From: an uncultured Sphingobacteriales bacterium
Lineage (GTDB): Bacteria; Bacteroidota; Bacteroidia; Cytophagales; 172606-1
Direction of reading: 5' to 3'
Assembly: GCA_963844325.1 (NCBI GenBank)
Contig: CAWJNV010000002.1
Coordinates: forward strand, 3,897,824 to 3,961,823
DNA length: 64,000 nt
Part shown: one piece after another, positions 46,599-56,818 of the stretch
Layout of the letters: every line of letters starts with the position of its first letter
How positions within the stretch are numbered: position 1 is the stretch's first letter
The notes under the pieces: model-generated
The model's database searches: none
The model's input: the letters and a program-made list of their open reading frames with translations, nothing else
What the model was told of the DNA's origin: nothing
Made by a program: the position numbers and the translations under genes

Positions 46599-48107
46599 TT
46601 GGACCACCTGAAAACCATTCTCGCCACCCTCACCACCGACGAGCAGAAGGAACTCAGCCGGTTCATCGGGCGGCAGAAGCAGAAAAAGGGCCGCAAGGAC
46701 CTGGAACTGTACCGGCTGCTGCTGCAAAAACAAGACTTTACGGCCACTGACTTGGTCAAAAAGCTCTACCCGGATGCACCCAACGTACCGGCCTACCACG
46801 CCCTGCGGAAGCGGCTGTTCAACCACCTGGCCGACTTTATCCTCCTCAAACGGCAGGAAAACGACCCCACGGCCGCCGCTTCGGTGCGGGCCATGCTGTC
46901 GCTGGCGGGCTACTTATTTGAGAAACGCGCCGACCAGATGGGTTGGAACGTGCTGCGCAAAGCCGAAAAGCTGGCCGAAACCAACGAGCAGTACGACCTG
47001 CTCAACGCCGTGTACACCCTCCAGATCGAACACGCCCAGAGCCCCCACGGCGACCCCCTGCCCGGCATCATCGACAAACACACCCGCAACAAGGCCCGGG
47101 CCGACGAGGAGGAACGGGCCGGCATTGCCTGCGGCTGGGTGAACTACTACCTGCGGGAAGCCAAGGCGCAGGGCGGCGACCTGCCCTTTGAGGCCATTAC
47201 GGGGCAGGTGCTGGCGCAACTGAACCTCACCCAGGTGGCCGCCGGCCGGCCCAAACTCATGTACCAGTTGCTGTCCATCGCCCGGGGCGCCGTACTCGTC
47301 CGCAAGGATTTCTACGCCTTCGAGCCGTACCTGGTGGGGAAGTACGAGGCCCTGGCCGCCCGGGGCGCCTTCGGGCCGCGGCACGGGTCATACAATACGG
47401 GCCTGCTCTACATGATTGCCCAGACCCAGTACCGCAACCGCAAGTTTGCCGCCTCCCTGGCGCGGCTCGCCGAACTGCGCGACGCCCTGGCCGCCTCGTC
47501 GAAGGCCGACCAGCAGCAGCTAACCCCCCGCTACACGCTGCTGTGGGCCATGAACCACGTGTACCTGGGCAAAAACGACGAGGCCGTGGCGGTGCTGGAA
47601 AAAGTGCTGGAAGGGGAGGCCGCCGACTGGCCGGTGGCGCACCTGCTCAATGCCCGCATCAACCTGGCCTTCTGCTACTTCCAGCGGGGCGACTACGCCC
47701 GGGCCAACCGGCTGCTGCTCCAGATGGGCCACTCGGACCGCTGGAATACCAAAAAAATGGGCCGCGAATGGACCCTCAAAAAGAACCTGAGCGAAATCAT
47801 CATTCAGTACGAACTGGGCAACGTAGACCTGGTGCTCAACAAGGTGCGGTCCATCGAGCGGAACTTCGACGCGTTGCTGCGCAGCCCCGTGTACGCCAAC
47901 GTGCGCACCTACCTGCAATTCATCCGGCAACTGACCGACCGGCCGGGCGCCGCGGCCGACAAAGCCTTTTTGGCTGGGGTGGACCGCGCCTTCCGGTTCC
48001 TGCCCGTGGAGCAGGAGGATTTGCAGGCCATGAGCTTCTACGCCTGGCTCAAGTCAAAAATGCTCAAACGCGACTACTACCCGGTGCTGCTCGAACTCGT
48101 CGCCTGA
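46599..48107 (+). CDS. Hypothetical helical-repeat (TPR-like) protein, possible regulator
   Basis: 502-aa ORF with a TTG start. It is alpha-helical throughout. No DNA-binding motif recognised with confidence. Confidence 0.4.
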   Translation: MDHLKTILATLTTDEQKELSRFIGRQKQKKGRKDLELYRLLLQKQDFTATDLVKKLYPDAPNVPAYHALRKRLFNHLADFILLKRQENDPTAAASVRAMLSLAGYLFEKRADQMGWNVLRKAEKLAETNEQYDLLNAVYTLQIEHAQSPHGDPLPGIIDKHTRNKARADEEERAGIACGWVNYYLREAKAQGGDLPFEAITGQVLAQLNLTQVAAGRPKLMYQLLSIARGAVLVRKDFYAFEPYLVGKYEALAARGAFGPRHGSYNTGLLYMIAQTQYRNRKFAASLARLAELRDALAASSKADQQQLTPRYTLLWAMNHVYLGKNDEAVAVLEKVLEGEAADWPVAHLLNARINLAFCYFQRGDYARANRLLLQMGHSDRWNTKKMGREWTLKKNLSEIIIQYELGNVDLVLNKVRSIERNFDALLRSPVYANVRTYLQFIRQLTDRPGAAADKAFLAGVDRAFRFLPVEQEDLQAMSFYAWLKSKMLKRDYYPVLLELVA

Positions 48108-48215
48108 TTCGAGTAGTGAGTATTGAGTATTGAGTACAGCGCTGCTCATGTAATCCGGGCAAGTTTAAATACGCGGTACTCAATACTCAATACTCACTAC
48201 TTAATACTAACTACC
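48108..48215. repeat. 8-bp-word palindrome (gagtattg / caatactc)
   Basis: gagtagtgagtattgagtattgagtac ... gtactcaatactcaatactcactacttaatactaactacc. Confidence 0.75.
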
Positions 48216-49520
48216 CAACTTCACCCCCAGCACCAGGATATCGTCGGTCTGGCGCCCGGTACCCATCCAGTCGGAGAGGGTTCCTTCGAGGATTTGTTGC
48301 TGGCGTTGCAGGGGTTGGTCGTGGATGGCGTGCAGCAGTTCGCGCAGGCGTTTGCCCATGAACTTGCCCCCGGCCGGTCCGCCGAACTGGTCCTGGAAGC
48401 CGTCGGAGAGCAGGTACAGCACCGACGCGTTCGACAGGTCGAAGGGGTGCAGCCGGAACAGGCGTTCTTCCTCCTTCTGCAAGCCGCCGATGGAATGCTT
48501 GTCGGCCTTTATCTCGTGCAGTTGCCCGTCCTGCACCATCAGGAGTGATGTGCCGGCGCCGGCAAATTCGAGCCGGTTTTCCTTCCGGTCGATCACGCAG
48601 AGGGAGATTTCCATGCCGTCGTGGTTGCCGCCGTCCGACTGGTTGAGGATCTGTCGCACCTTGCCGTGCAGTTCGTAAAGGATCAGGTCGGGCGAAGTAA
48701 TGCCCCACACGTTCACGATCTCGTTGAGCATCGACTGGGCCAGCATGGACAGCAAGGCCCCCGGCACGCCGTGGCCCGTGCAATCAATGGCGGCCAGCAG
48801 CACTTTGTGTCCCCGCTTGCTGCACCAGTACGTATCGCCGCTCACGATGTCGCGCGGCTTGAAGAACACGAACACTTCGGGAAACAGCGTGTGCAGGTAC
48901 GCCAGGCTGGGCATTACGGCCTGCTGAATGCGGCCGCCATACGTGATGCTGGCCAGGATTTTCGCATTTTTTTCCTCCACCAGCTTTTTCTGCGCTTCCA
49001 GTTCGGCCGTGATTAGTTCGGCCCGCCGCAGGTGCAGCCGGAGTTCCAGTTGCGTGATCACCTGCCGGGCCAGGATGCGCAGGGCCTCGAGTTGTTCTTC
49101 GGTCAACCGGCGGGGCTGGCGGTCGATCACGCACAGGGTACCCAGGTTGTAGCCGTCGGGGGTGGTGAGGGGCATGCCCGCGTAAAAACGGATGTTGGGG
49201 TCGCCGGTCACCAGCGGGTTTTCCCGGAAACGGGGGTCGAGGCGGGCGTCGGGCACCTGGAACAATTCGGTGCCCTGAATGGCGTGGGCGCAGAAGGCCC
49301 ATTCGCGGGGCGTTTCAGTCAGGGGCAGCCCCACCCGCGATTTGAACCACTGCCGGCTTTCGTCGAGCAGGGTAATGAGCGAAATGGGCGTGTTGCAGAG
49401 CTGGGAGATGACCTGGGTGATCTCGTCAAATTCTGCTTCAATTTCCGTATCTAGTATTTCGTAGCGCAGCAAAGCCGCGAGTCGTTCGGCCTCGTTGGTC
49501 GGGAGTTGGGCAATGATCAT
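48207..49520 (-). CDS. GAF-domain PP2C-family (SpoIIE/RsbU-like) protein serine/threonine phosphatase
   Basis: The N-terminal GAF region is followed by a C-terminal PP2C: ...SGDTYW...AAIDCTGHGVPGALLSML...LYLLSDGF.DQF.... Confidence 0.75.
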   Translation of the reverse strand: MIIAQLPTNEAERLAALLRYEILDTEIEAEFDEITQVISQLCNTPISLITLLDESRQWFKSRVGLPLTETPREWAFCAHAIQGTELFQVPDARLDPRFRENPLVTGDPNIRFYAGMPLTTPDGYNLGTLCVIDRQPRRLTEEQLEALRILARQVITQLELRLHLRRAELITAELEAQKKLVEEKNAKILASITYGGRIQQAVMPSLAYLHTLFPEVFVFFKPRDIVSGDTYWCSKRGHKVLLAAIDCTGHGVPGALLSMLAQSMLNEIVNVWGITSPDLILYELHGKVRQILNQSDGGNHDGMEISLCVIDRKENRLEFAGAGTSLLMVQDGQLHEIKADKHSIGGLQKEEERLFRLHPFDLSNASVLYLLSDGFQDQFGGPAGGKFMGKRLRELLHAIHDQPLQRQQQILEGTLSDWMGTGRQTDDILVLGVKLGS

Positions 49521-49869
49521 TGGTGCGTTAAACGGATTGGGGCCTGGGTGGCTGAAAGCACAAAAATAGGCTCCGGCAACCCTCCCCGGCGTTTTTTCAC
49601 CGCCCGCACCTTACCCGGCTGCTTTTTCGCCGGGATGACGGAGGGCATTCTTTGACGGGCTTTCAGCTCTTTGGGTACCAGTGAGTTGGTACGCCCATCC
49701 TTTTAGGGGACGCCGCCGGCGGGCCGGGCAGGCTGCCGGCAGGGGCGGGGCCACCCCGAAAAGCACTCTTCCCGGCATTTTCCTTACGCGGGAATGCGTG
49801 CCTTTGCCGGTTACCTTTGCCGGATTTGTTTACGAAAAAATGAAATGGGCAACAGACAGCGGCGGATGA

Positions 49870-50940
49870 TCATCCATTCCGTTTCGCGTCGGTGTACTCC
49901 ACCAGGTAGCAGGTAACGGTAGTGCCCCGCCCGACGGTGCTGTCGAACCGGATTTTGCCGCCGTTTTTCTCCACCATGTTCTTGACCAGGTACAGGCCCA
50001 GTCCCTTGCCGTCGCCCCGGGTCGTGAGACGGGAAAACGGCCGGAAAAGCTTGTGGCCCTGCCGCGTGAGGTCAATGCCCGCGCCGTTGTCGGCAAAGGC
50101 CAGCGTTACAAACTCCCCTTCCCGGCCCGACGCTACGGCAATGGCCGGGGGGCGGTCCTCCGACCGGTACTTGGCGGCGTTGCCCAGCAGGTTGCGGAAA
50201 ATGCTTTCGAGGTACGCCCGGATGTAGCTCACCCGGGGGCAGGCGGTAAAGTCGGCCGCCACCGTAAGGGTCGCTCCCGCCGGGTCGGCCGCCAGTTCTT
50301 TCCGCACCCCGGCCAGGATCGCTTCCAGGGAGACGGGCTGCACGGTCACGTGGAAAGTGCTCTGTACTTCCAGCACCTCCACGAGTCCCTTGATCGTGCG
50401 GTCGAGCTGGGCCACCGACTGCTGCGTGGTTTCCAGCAGGACCTGCCGCTGGGCCTCCTCGGGGTCGCCCATGAGCAGTTTGGTGAGCACGATCAGGTTG
50501 GCTACCGGCGCCCTCAGGTCGTGGGCCGCCGTGTAGACGAACGTTTCCAGGTGCCCGCTTACCTTGGCCAGTTCGGCCTGCGACCGGCGCAGGTCCGACA
50601 GGTTGCGCAGCACCGACAACGCGCCGGTTGCCGGGAGGCCGCCGGGCGTGGTTTCGGGGACTACCTCCACGGCGTAGTGCCGGGGGGCGGACGGGTCGCC
50701 GCAGCGCACCTCGGCCGCGCCGGGAGACCGGGAGCCCAGCACCGCCCGCAGGGCAACGTCCCAGGCGCCGGCCCCGTCCAGGGAAGTCAGCCCCGGCACC
50801 GGCCGGCCCAGCACCGTTGCCGCCGGCAGGCCCGTTTCCCGCTCAAACGCCGCGTTGACGAACGTGATTACGCCGTCGCCGTCGTGCCGGGCAATGGCTA
50901 CCGGCAAGGTGTTGAGCAGTGTTTTCCAGCTTTCTTCCAT
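49870..50940 (-). CDS. PAS-domain sensor histidine kinase (cytoplasmic)
   Basis: The N-terminal PAS (ITFVNAAFERETGLPAATVLGRP) is followed by the H-box FVYTAAHDLRAPVANL and the N/G boxes NLLGNAAKY, DNGAGIDL and GKGLGLYLV. The start is ATG at 50940; an in-frame TTG lies at 50955. Confidence 0.8.
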   Translation of the reverse strand: MEESWKTLLNTLPVAIARHDGDGVITFVNAAFERETGLPAATVLGRPVPGLTSLDGAGAWDVALRAVLGSRSPGAAEVRCGDPSAPRHYAVEVVPETTPGGLPATGALSVLRNLSDLRRSQAELAKVSGHLETFVYTAAHDLRAPVANLIVLTKLLMGDPEEAQRQVLLETTQQSVAQLDRTIKGLVEVLEVQSTFHVTVQPVSLEAILAGVRKELAADPAGATLTVAADFTACPRVSYIRAYLESIFRNLLGNAAKYRSEDRPPAIAVASGREGEFVTLAFADNGAGIDLTRQGHKLFRPFSRLTTRGDGKGLGLYLVKNMVEKNGGKIRFDSTVGRGTTVTCYLVEYTDAKRNG

Positions 50941-50955
50941 CGTTGTTTTCTGCAA

Positions 50956-51088
50956 GGTTGAATGGCTATATGGCTGAATGGCTGAAAGTTGATTGTTGAA
51001 TGGCTATATGGTTGGGCTGGCGCACGACTCCTTCCCGATCAACAACCATTCAGCCATACAGCCATTCAACCATATAACCCTTTAGGTC
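50956..51088. repeat. 8-bp-word palindrome (CCATNNNN family) sharing the unique core of the 19904 element
   Basis: The core atggttgggctggcgcacgactccttcccgatcaacaaccat is the exact reverse complement of 19949-19990. Confidence 0.8.
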
Positions 51089-51553
51089 CTATACATTTTT
51101 CGGTTTCCGGTAGCTGGGCAGGTCGTTGACCAGCAGCCAGTAGTGTACCACTTCGGCAATGGTAAGGGAATATTTGACGAAGTTCATTGCCTTGATGATG
51201 AAGCTGTTGGCGCCCAGCTGGTACGCTTCCCGCATCTGTTCTTCGGAGGCCGATACGGTAATGACTACCACCGGGATGCTGCTGGTGGCGGGATCGGTTT
51301 TAAGGGCTTCGAGCACCTCGTTGCCCCGCACCTTCGGAAGGTCGAGGTCGAGCAGGATGAGCAGCGGCAGGCTGTACTCCCGGCCCTGGTAGGCCCCCCG
51401 GCGGAACAGGTAATCGAGGGCCTCTGCCCCGTCGCGGATGTGGTGGTACTGGAGGGCCGGCATTTTGGCCTTCAATGCCTTGAACGTCAACTCGGCGTCG
51501 TAGTCGCTGTCTTCGATCAGCAGCAGTTCGGGATGGGCGGCAAGCATAGGCAT
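51089..51553 (-). CDS. Stand-alone response-regulator receiver (CheY-like) protein
   Basis: LLIEDSDYDAEL...LLILLDLDLPKVRG...ANSFIIK has the receiver Asp pocket and the phospho-acceptor D in LDLDLP. Confidence 0.8.
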   Translation of the reverse strand: MPMLAAHPELLLIEDSDYDAELTFKALKAKMPALQYHHIRDGAEALDYLFRRGAYQGREYSLPLLILLDLDLPKVRGNEVLEALKTDPATSSIPVVVITVSASEEQMREAYQLGANSFIIKAMNFVKYSLTIAEVVHYWLLVNDLPSYRKPKNV

Positions 51554-51564
51554 CTAAAATGAAG

Positions 51565-51698
51565 GGTACACTGACATTGGTACACTGATCGGTTAGGATG
51601 ATTATGATTTTTTATGATCTTTTTTTAGCATTCTTTTCTGATTCGTTTTAATCATAATTATCATAACCCATCAGTGTACCATCCATCCGTGTACAAAT
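51565..51698. repeat. 8-bp-word palindrome, second copy of the gattatga family seen at 33112
   Basis: ggtacactgacattggtacactgatcggttaggatgattatgatt ... aatcataattatcataacccatcagtgtaccatccatccgtgtac. Confidence 0.7.
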
Positions 51699-51834
51699 TG
51701 TCCCCGTAAAGCTAGGCAGAAAAACGTTCCGGGGGCCGAACTCCCCCTTTCGCGTTTGCGTTAAGCCGTTTTAAGGTGTTACGGGCCTGGTGGTGCCTGT
51801 AAAGGGTAAAAACGGTTCTGTCCATTGCTTCCGT

Positions 51835-54153
51835 ATGCGGCACATTTCCCTGCGCAGTAAAATTTACCTCGGTTTCCTGGTGGCGGTACTGCTGATCGGG
51901 GCCACCCGGTATTTTTATTTTCTGAGCACCAACCAGTACATTGACACCGCCCTGCAAATCCAGCGCACGCAGCAGGTGATGGGGCAACTGGAAACGGTCA
52001 TTTCCCTGGCCAAGGACGCCGAGACGGGCGAACGGGGCTACATCATCACCCGGCAGGAAAGCTTCCTGGAACCCTTTGCGCTGGCCCTCCGCAACCTGGA
52101 CCGCGAGATGAAGGACCTGCAAACGATGACGGCCCGCAACCCCTACTACCCGCCCCGCATCCGGCAACTCGAAACCCTGGTGCAACGGCAGATCGGCATC
52201 CTCAACGCCAACGTGGTGCGGGTGCGGTCGGGCCGCTACGGGGAGGCCGCCCGCGACGTGGCCGCCGGGACGGGCAAACGGGTCCTGGACGACATGCGCC
52301 GCCTGGTGGGCAGCATGCAGGCGCACGAACGGTCCCAACTGAACTTCCTGCTGGAACGGCTGGAAAGCAAGGCCCGCCTCAACAACCAGGTGAATTTGCT
52401 CAGCATTACGGTGCTGGCCCTGCTGTCGGCGCTGGGCATGTACACCATTCTGCGCGACCTGCGCCGCCGCGAACGCCTGGAAAGCGAACTGACCCTCAAG
52501 AACGAGCAACTCGAAGAACTCAACGCCGGCCAGCAACACCTGCTCAGCCTGCTCGAAGAGGCCCAGGAAATCGGCCGGCTCGGCAGCTTTACGCTCGACG
52601 CCGGGACGCGGATGTTTACGGCCAGCCTCCAGCACTGCCTCAACTACGGCCTCGACCCGCAACTGGCGGGGGGGCCTTCCCCCATCGCCCTGCTCTTCGA
52701 GCGGCTGCACCCCGAAGACCGGGAACGGGTGCAGCAGGCCGTGGACACTTCGCTCACGCAGGGGGTGCCTTACCGCCAGGAGTACCGCGTGGTGCTGCCC
52801 GACGGACAGCAGAAGTACATCCTCGTGCGGGGCCGGCCGGCCCGCAACGGCAACGGGGTGCTGCTGCGGGGCACTACCCTCGACACGACTGAGCACAAGG
52901 AGGCCGAAGCCGAACTGCGGGCCTCCGAAACCCGGTTCCGGGCCCTGCTCGAATCGGCCCCCGACGCCATGATCATCACCGACGAAGGAAGCCACATTCA
53001 ACTGGTGAACGCCCAGACCGAACGCCTGTTTGGCTACACCCGGGCCGAACTGGTGGGCCAGCCCGTCGAGGTCCTCATCCCGGCCAGCCTGGCGGCCCGG
53101 CACCGGCAGCACCGGGCCGCCTACGCCCAGGCTCCCAAGCTCCGCGGCATGGGCGTGGGGCTCGACCTGAAGGGGGTGCGCAAAGACGGCACGGAGTTCC
53201 CGGTGGAAATCAGCCTGAGCCCCATCCAGACGCGCGAAGGACTGCTGGTAGCCGCCGCCATCCGCGACGTGAGCGAACGCAAACGCTACGAAGCCCAGCT
53301 CGAACAGCTCAACCAGGCGTTGCAGGCCACCAACGAAGAACTGGCCGCCAACGTGGAAGAACTGGCCGCCGCCGGCGAAAAGATCCAGGAGTACAGCGAT
53401 GAGGTGGAACAGAAAAACTTGCAGTTGCAACGCACCAACGCCGACCTGGAAGCCTTTTCCTACTCCATCTCCCACGACCTCAAGTCGCCGCTCCGGTCGG
53501 TGCTCTCGTTTGCGGCCATCCTCCAGGACGAGTACGGCGTCAGCCTCGACCCGGAGGCCAACCGGCTCATCGGCATCGTGGTGAGGAACGCCCGCTTCAT
53601 GAACGAACTGATCGAGGCGCTGCTCCAGTTTGCCCGGCTGGGCCGCACGGCCGTCCGGAAAGAGGCCGTGGACCTGGACAAGATGGTGCACGGGCTGGTG
53701 ACCGAACTGCTGGCCGACCGCCCAACCCAGCCCGCCGTCATCATCAACCCGCTGGGGGTAGCCAGCACGGACCGCCAGCTCATCCGGCAGGTGTGGCAAA
53801 ACCTGTTGAGCAACGCCCTCAAATTTTCGGCCACCAAGCCCGAGCCCCGCATTGAAATAGGACACCAGTTGATTGCGGGCGAAGCCGTATATTACGTACG
53901 CGACAACGGGGTCGGCTTCAACCCTGCCTACGCGGGCGAACTGTTCGGCGTGTTCAAACGCCTGCACCCGGCGGGCGTTTTCCCCGGCACGGGCGTCGGC
54001 CTGGCCATCTGCCAGCGCATCGTTGCCAGCCACGGCGGCCGCATCTGGGCCGAAGCCGCGGAGGGCAAAGGCGCAACGTTTTATTTTACTTTGAAAGGAG
54101 ACGTTCTCCAGGGAGACCGGAGCCCGGAACGAAAGGAGACATGCACTACGTAG
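51835..54153 (+). CDS. CHASE3/PAS/PAS sensor histidine kinase
   Basis: Start MRHISLRSKIYLGFLVAVLL (TM). A CHASE3-like periplasmic region and a second TM follow, then two PAS domains, the H-box FSYSISHDLKSPLRSV and an HATPase (NLLSNALKF, DNGVGF, GTGVGLAIC). Confidence 0.8.
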   Translation: MRHISLRSKIYLGFLVAVLLIGATRYFYFLSTNQYIDTALQIQRTQQVMGQLETVISLAKDAETGERGYIITRQESFLEPFALALRNLDREMKDLQTMTARNPYYPPRIRQLETLVQRQIGILNANVVRVRSGRYGEAARDVAAGTGKRVLDDMRRLVGSMQAHERSQLNFLLERLESKARLNNQVNLLSITVLALLSALGMYTILRDLRRRERLESELTLKNEQLEELNAGQQHLLSLLEEAQEIGRLGSFTLDAGTRMFTASLQHCLNYGLDPQLAGGPSPIALLFERLHPEDRERVQQAVDTSLTQGVPYRQEYRVVLPDGQQKYILVRGRPARNGNGVLLRGTTLDTTEHKEAEAELRASETRFRALLESAPDAMIITDEGSHIQLVNAQTERLFGYTRAELVGQPVEVLIPASLAARHRQHRAAYAQAPKLRGMGVGLDLKGVRKDGTEFPVEISLSPIQTREGLLVAAAIRDVSERKRYEAQLEQLNQALQATNEELAANVEELAAAGEKIQEYSDEVEQKNLQLQRTNADLEAFSYSISHDLKSPLRSVLSFAAILQDEYGVSLDPEANRLIGIVVRNARFMNELIEALLQFARLGRTAVRKEAVDLDKMVHGLVTELLADRPTQPAVIINPLGVASTDRQLIRQVWQNLLSNALKFSATKPEPRIEIGHQLIAGEAVYYVRDNGVGFNPAYAGELFGVFKRLHPAGVFPGTGVGLAICQRIVASHGGRIWAEAAEGKGATFYFTLKGDVLQGDRSPERKETCTT

Positions 54154-54554
54154 ACATCCTGCACATTGAAGACGACCCGCATTGCGTGGAACTCATGCAG
54201 CGGGCCATTGGGAAGCTGGGCCGGCCGCTGGATGTCCACGCGGTAACCGACGGGGAACTGGCGCTGAAGTTCCTGTCGGCGCGGGAGTGGCCGCCCCGGC
54301 TGATCGTGCTCGACCTGAAGATACCCAAGGTGAACGGCTTGCAGCTACTGGCGCAGTTGCGGGCGGAGGAGAAGACGCGCACCGTGCCCGTGATCGTGTT
54401 TTCCTCTTCGAAGGAGCCCCGCGACGTGGCCCTCTCGTACCAGGCCGGCGCCAACAGCTACGTGATCAAACCCCTCGAATACAAAGACTTCTTCGAAGCC
54501 GTCCAGCGCATCATCAACTACTGGCTCGGCGTCAACTACGCGGACGGGGGGTGA
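54141..54554 (+). CDS. Stand-alone response-regulator receiver protein
   Basis: ILHIEDDPHCVEL...LIVLDLKIPKVNG...ANSYVIKP. It overlaps the kinase gene by 13 bp. Confidence 0.8.
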   Translation: MHYVDILHIEDDPHCVELMQRAIGKLGRPLDVHAVTDGELALKFLSAREWPPRLIVLDLKIPKVNGLQLLAQLRAEEKTRTVPVIVFSSSKEPRDVALSYQAGANSYVIKPLEYKDFFEAVQRIINYWLGVNYADGG

Positions 54555-54722
54555 GGTTGAAAAGCTGTATGGTTGTATGGTTGTATGGTTAGATGGCTGA
54601 AGGGCCGGGGGGATAACTGGACCGGAGGGTTTTGTAGCCCTTCGGTTTTTATTTGCGGGGAAAAAATCAATTTTTGTACACCATACAACCATACAACCAT
54701 ACAACCATACAACCATACAACT
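54555..54722. repeat. 8-bp-word palindrome (ccatacaa x5 / ttgtatgg) with internal terminator-like stem
   Basis: ggttgaaaagctgtatggttgtatggttgtatggttagatgg ... ccatacaaccatacaaccatacaaccatacaaccatacaac. The core carries ccggagggttttgtagcccttcgg followed by ttttt. Confidence 0.75.
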
Positions 54723-54752
54723 TCCTAACCTCCCAACCCCTAACCTCCTCCT

Positions 54753-56087
54753 ATGCGCAAAATTACGCTGAGTGTTTTTTCCCTGTTGTTGTGCGGAGCC
54801 GCCTTCGGGCAGGCCGACCGGCTGCGGGCCGCCATCGACCGGGAAGCCGATAAACTGGAGCCGAAGATGATTGAGTGGCGCCGGCATTTCCACCAGAACC
54901 CCGAACTCTCGAACCGGGAAGTGAAAACGGCCGAGAAGATTGCCGCCCACCTCAAAAGCCTGGGCCTGGAAGTGCAGACGGGCGTAGCCAAAACCGGCGT
55001 GGTCGCCCTCCTGCGCGGCGACAAGCCCGGCCCGGTGGTGGCCCTGCGCGCCGACATGGACGCCCTGCCCGTAACCGAACGCAACAGCCTGCCCTTCGCC
55101 TCCAAGGCCCAGGGCGAATACAACGGCCAGACCGTGGGCGTAATGCACGCCTGCGGCCACGACACCCACGTAGCCATGCTCATGGGCGCCGCCCAAATCC
55201 TGGCCGGCATGAAGAAAGACCTGAAGGGCACGGTGAAGTTCATTTTCCAGCCGGCCGAAGAAGGCGCCCCCGCCGGCGAGGAAGGCGGCGCCAAAGTAAT
55301 GGTGCAGGAAGGCGTGCTCGACAAGCCGAAGGTAGACGCCATTTTCGGCATCCACATCAACTCGCAGCTCGAAGCGGGCAAGGTGGGCTACCGGCCCGGG
55401 GGCACCATGGCCAGCGTCAACTCATTCACCATCAAGGTCAACGGCCGCCAGACCCACGGCGCCTACCCCTGGTCGGGCGTAGACCCCATCGTCGTGTCGG
55501 CCCAGATGATCAACGCGCTGCAAACCATCGTGAGCCGCCAGATTGACATCACCGAAAATGCCGCCGTGGTAACGGTGGGCAGCATCCACGGAGGCGTGCG
55601 CAGCAACATCATTCCCGAGGAGGTCAACATGGAAGGCACCATCCGGGCGCTGAGCCCCGAAGACCGCCAGCAAATCCTCGACAAAGTGCGCCGCGTGGTG
55701 ACCAACGTGGCCGAAAGCGCCGGCGCCACTGCCGAGGTGAAGTTCAATGAGGGCTACCCCGTGACCTACAACGACCCGGACCTGACCAAGCGGATGGTGC
55801 CCACGCTGGAGGCGACGGCCGGCCGCGAAAACGCGGTGCTGCGGAAAGCCGTTACCGGCGCCGAAGACTTCTCGTTTTTCCAGGAGAAGGTACCCGGGGT
55901 GTTCGTGTTCGTGGGCGGCATGCCCAAGGGAAAAAAAGCCGAAGAGGTGCCGGCGCACCACACGCCGGATTTCTTCATTGACGAGAGCGGCCTGAAACTG
56001 GGCATGCGGCTGTACTGCACGATGGCCGTCGATTACCTGGAAGGGGGGAAGGACGCCGGGAAGTCGGCCAACAGCACGGGCAAGTAG
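54753..56087 (+). CDS. M20D-family amidohydrolase (aminoacylase/hippuricase-like), secreted
   Basis: Signal peptide. Then ...VALRADMDALP...MHACGHDTHVAMLMGAA...GTVKFIFQPAEEG are the metal-binding motifs of peptidase M20D. Confidence 0.8.
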   Translation: MRKITLSVFSLLLCGAAFGQADRLRAAIDREADKLEPKMIEWRRHFHQNPELSNREVKTAEKIAAHLKSLGLEVQTGVAKTGVVALLRGDKPGPVVALRADMDALPVTERNSLPFASKAQGEYNGQTVGVMHACGHDTHVAMLMGAAQILAGMKKDLKGTVKFIFQPAEEGAPAGEEGGAKVMVQEGVLDKPKVDAIFGIHINSQLEAGKVGYRPGGTMASVNSFTIKVNGRQTHGAYPWSGVDPIVVSAQMINALQTIVSRQIDITENAAVVTVGSIHGGVRSNIIPEEVNMEGTIRALSPEDRQQILDKVRRVVTNVAESAGATAEVKFNEGYPVTYNDPDLTKRMVPTLEATAGRENAVLRKAVTGAEDFSFFQEKVPGVFVFVGGMPKGKKAEEVPAHHTPDFFIDESGLKLGMRLYCTMAVDYLEGGKDAGKSANSTGK

Positions 56088-56289
56088 GACGGGGTTCGCA
56101 GGATGAAGGGATGACCGGGTTTGGAACCGGGTCATTCACACCAGACCAGGCCCGCCGGGAACGTTTCTCGGCGGGTTTTTTATGACCACTGACCAACAGT
56201 TATCCTAAAACGACTTCATGATCACGTATTTGTTCGCTTGTAATTCCTTCTAAAACAGGAAAGTACGAACAACCCACAACGAATGCGGA

Positions 56290-56688
56290 TTACTCCTTTC
56301 CCGCTCCCGGCTGGTGGTTGGCGTTGGAGGGGGAATTGCTGCTTTTGAGGCGCTTTACTTCTTCGCGGCATTCCTCCAGTTGTTCGATCTTCAGGTTCAT
56401 GTCCCGCATCAGGATCGAAATCTGTTCGTCCTTTGAGAGGTAGCGGGGCTCATTTTCATTGGCCCGGTTGTTGGAGTCGTGCCGCGACGCTTCGAGCCGC
56501 TCATCGAAAAAGTAGGTGATCGGCAGCCCCAGTACGTTGCAGATTTTCTGAAGCTGGCTCAGCTTGATGTCGTTGTTGGACAGTACGCTGCTCAGGTTTT
56601 GCTTACTCATCTCGATCTTCTTCGCCAGGTGCGTCAGGTTGATGCCCTTCGACTCAATGTATGCCTTGATCTTTTCGTTGACAGTCAT
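56290..56688 (-). CDS. XRE-family helix-turn-helix transcriptional regulator
   Basis: MTVNEKIKAYIESKGINLTHLAKKIEMSKQNLSSVLSNNDIKLSQLQKICNVLGL is a Cro/C1-type HTH. The region is low-GC. Confidence 0.7.
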   Translation of the reverse strand: MTVNEKIKAYIESKGINLTHLAKKIEMSKQNLSSVLSNNDIKLSQLQKICNVLGLPITYFFDERLEASRHDSNNRANENEPRYLSKDEQISILMRDMNLKIEQLEECREEVKRLKSSNSPSNANHQPGAGKE

Positions 56689-56818
56689 TTGTGTTTCAAT
56701 CGCTTATAATTCCGGTAAGAATAATGTTGAACAATAATTTGACTTTGGTAAAAACGATATTTAATATTATGGTTTCAAAAGAACAAATATACAACCTAGT
56801 ACAAACGACTGCAAAAGA

